DNA of 64,000 nucleotides from Eukaryota sp. GEM-RC1 (Eukaryota): the NCBI GenBank assembly GCA_040285855.1, contig JAUFOQ010000001.1, forward strand, positions 2,790,001 to 2,854,000, in the 5' to 3' direction. The position numbers were made by a program, and so were the translations under genes. Shown here in pieces: positions 62,649-64,000 of the stretch. Below the pieces are notes generated by a model. It did no database searches and was not told where the DNA came from. It worked only from the letters and a program-made list of their open reading frames with translations. Position 1 is the stretch's first letter; the number at the start of each line of letters is the position of its first letter.

Positions 62649-64000
62649 CCAAGATTTCGTTGTCGGAAAAGTTGCTTGCTTAAGACCACCAAGTTATGGA
62701 CTTCTATTTGATAGATTTTGGGTCACAGAAGCTTATCCTAACGATATTAAATGGATCAACCTTAAAAAGGTCGGTGAGATGTGCAAAAGACATTAAAGTT
62801 ATCAAGCTTATGAAGAATCTTGCCAATGGAGTTATATGGAATTGTTGGAACAAAGAAACGATAAGTAAGTGCACCCAAAACCATCCATGGAGAGTTTCTA
62901 GATCGATACTACAATATACTGGAGTTTACTTTGCTCATGTAACTACCGTGTTGGAAAATTTCAAGGGATATCAAGAACCAAACCGTTACTTAAAGTTTAC
63001 AAATGCTGTCACGAATTGATCAAAGAAGGATAGTGAGGTATTAGTCAGAATATCAATTAGAAAAGAGTGATACAAATGTTCGACTTGAGGTGTTAGATAT
63101 CTTATCTTTTGGCACTGAAACTATAGAAACCAGATCGATTGAATATGGTTTGCCTTGTTTCAATTAAACAAATATACAACCACAATATCCATCTTTTGAA
63201 TCTGGACTACAACAGTCAAGGTCTCAATCAATTGTTGCTACCTCCAAGAGAAAGAAAGAAAAGGTAGTGAAGCATTAGCTATGATGACGTGTGACTTAGT
63301 TATGTAGTTCATATTATGGTATAAACTACTTTTCCCCAATACAATCGTGCACAAACCAACAATGAATTCATTTTGGCAGCAAAGAATTCGATTTTTTCAA
63401 AAATTCAAACGATACACAAGATGGATTTTTAGCTTATTCACTTTGTCCTCCGACACAATTCAGTAGTGAAAGACAGGAATTTTGCAATACTATATTAAGA
63501 GTTATTCTGGCTGACGTGATCAAGACCACGTGACATTGATCGAGAATCACACTGCACTGTCCTAATCACACTCAATTTCCAGGATTGACTGTCATCTTAG
63601 TGTGTCCGGCAAATGAAAGATCCATCACAGACTTTCTTTAAGCTACTAAACAGATCCTTGAAATACAACCAGAAGCCTATTGGATTTTGTTATTAGAAAT
63701 AAACAAGTTTTCCACTCAGCTTACTTTAGAAAATGTAATAACTTGATTGAAATTAAATATTTTAAAATTATTCAATACTGTTAGATAACAATGCTTATAT
63801 ATTAGTAAAAGAACTTACTTCGTTCACAGAAAGACGACAGATTTAGTTTTTAAGACAGCGAAATCCAACTTTAAATCTAGGATCAAAACCAAACTCACGA
63901 TCAACAACTGATTAAAATTTGATTGATAACTTGCAACTACACTAATGGTGCATTTAATCCTGTATTCAGAACACTTTCGAATTTAAAATTAGATTATTAC

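Noticed and set aside
935..63019. Numerous 60-150 aa ORFs overlapping or antisense to genes and repeats
   Set aside because: Shadow frames without motifs; they recur only because the DNA is duplicated.

Overview
AT-rich, apparently intron-poor eukaryotic (protist-like) DNA. The first ~6 kb holds two ordinary genes: a CinA-like/HxGH nucleotidyltransferase and a syntaxin-18-like Qa-SNARE. Next is a ribonuclease-inhibitor-type LRR gene split by a chromodomain-bearing Ty3/gypsy retrotransposon with identical 93-bp LTRs and a TCTT target-site duplication. The remaining ~50 kb is a duplication-driven array of six same-strand BTB/POZ - coiled-coil - SPRY(B30.2)-like paralogs (two intact, four broken). 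They sit in a repeated cassette of transposon debris: hAT, MULE, Tc1/pogo, RLE-type non-LTR, gypsy and MITEs. The most striking signal is in the SPRY domains, where four short loops are hypervariable and almost purely non-synonymous on a near-invariant scaffold. The coiled-coil heptads are also shuffled between copies. Together this resembles a TRIM5-like diversifying recognition repertoire built on a Cullin-3-type adaptor. All calls come from reading motifs by eye; no searches were run.
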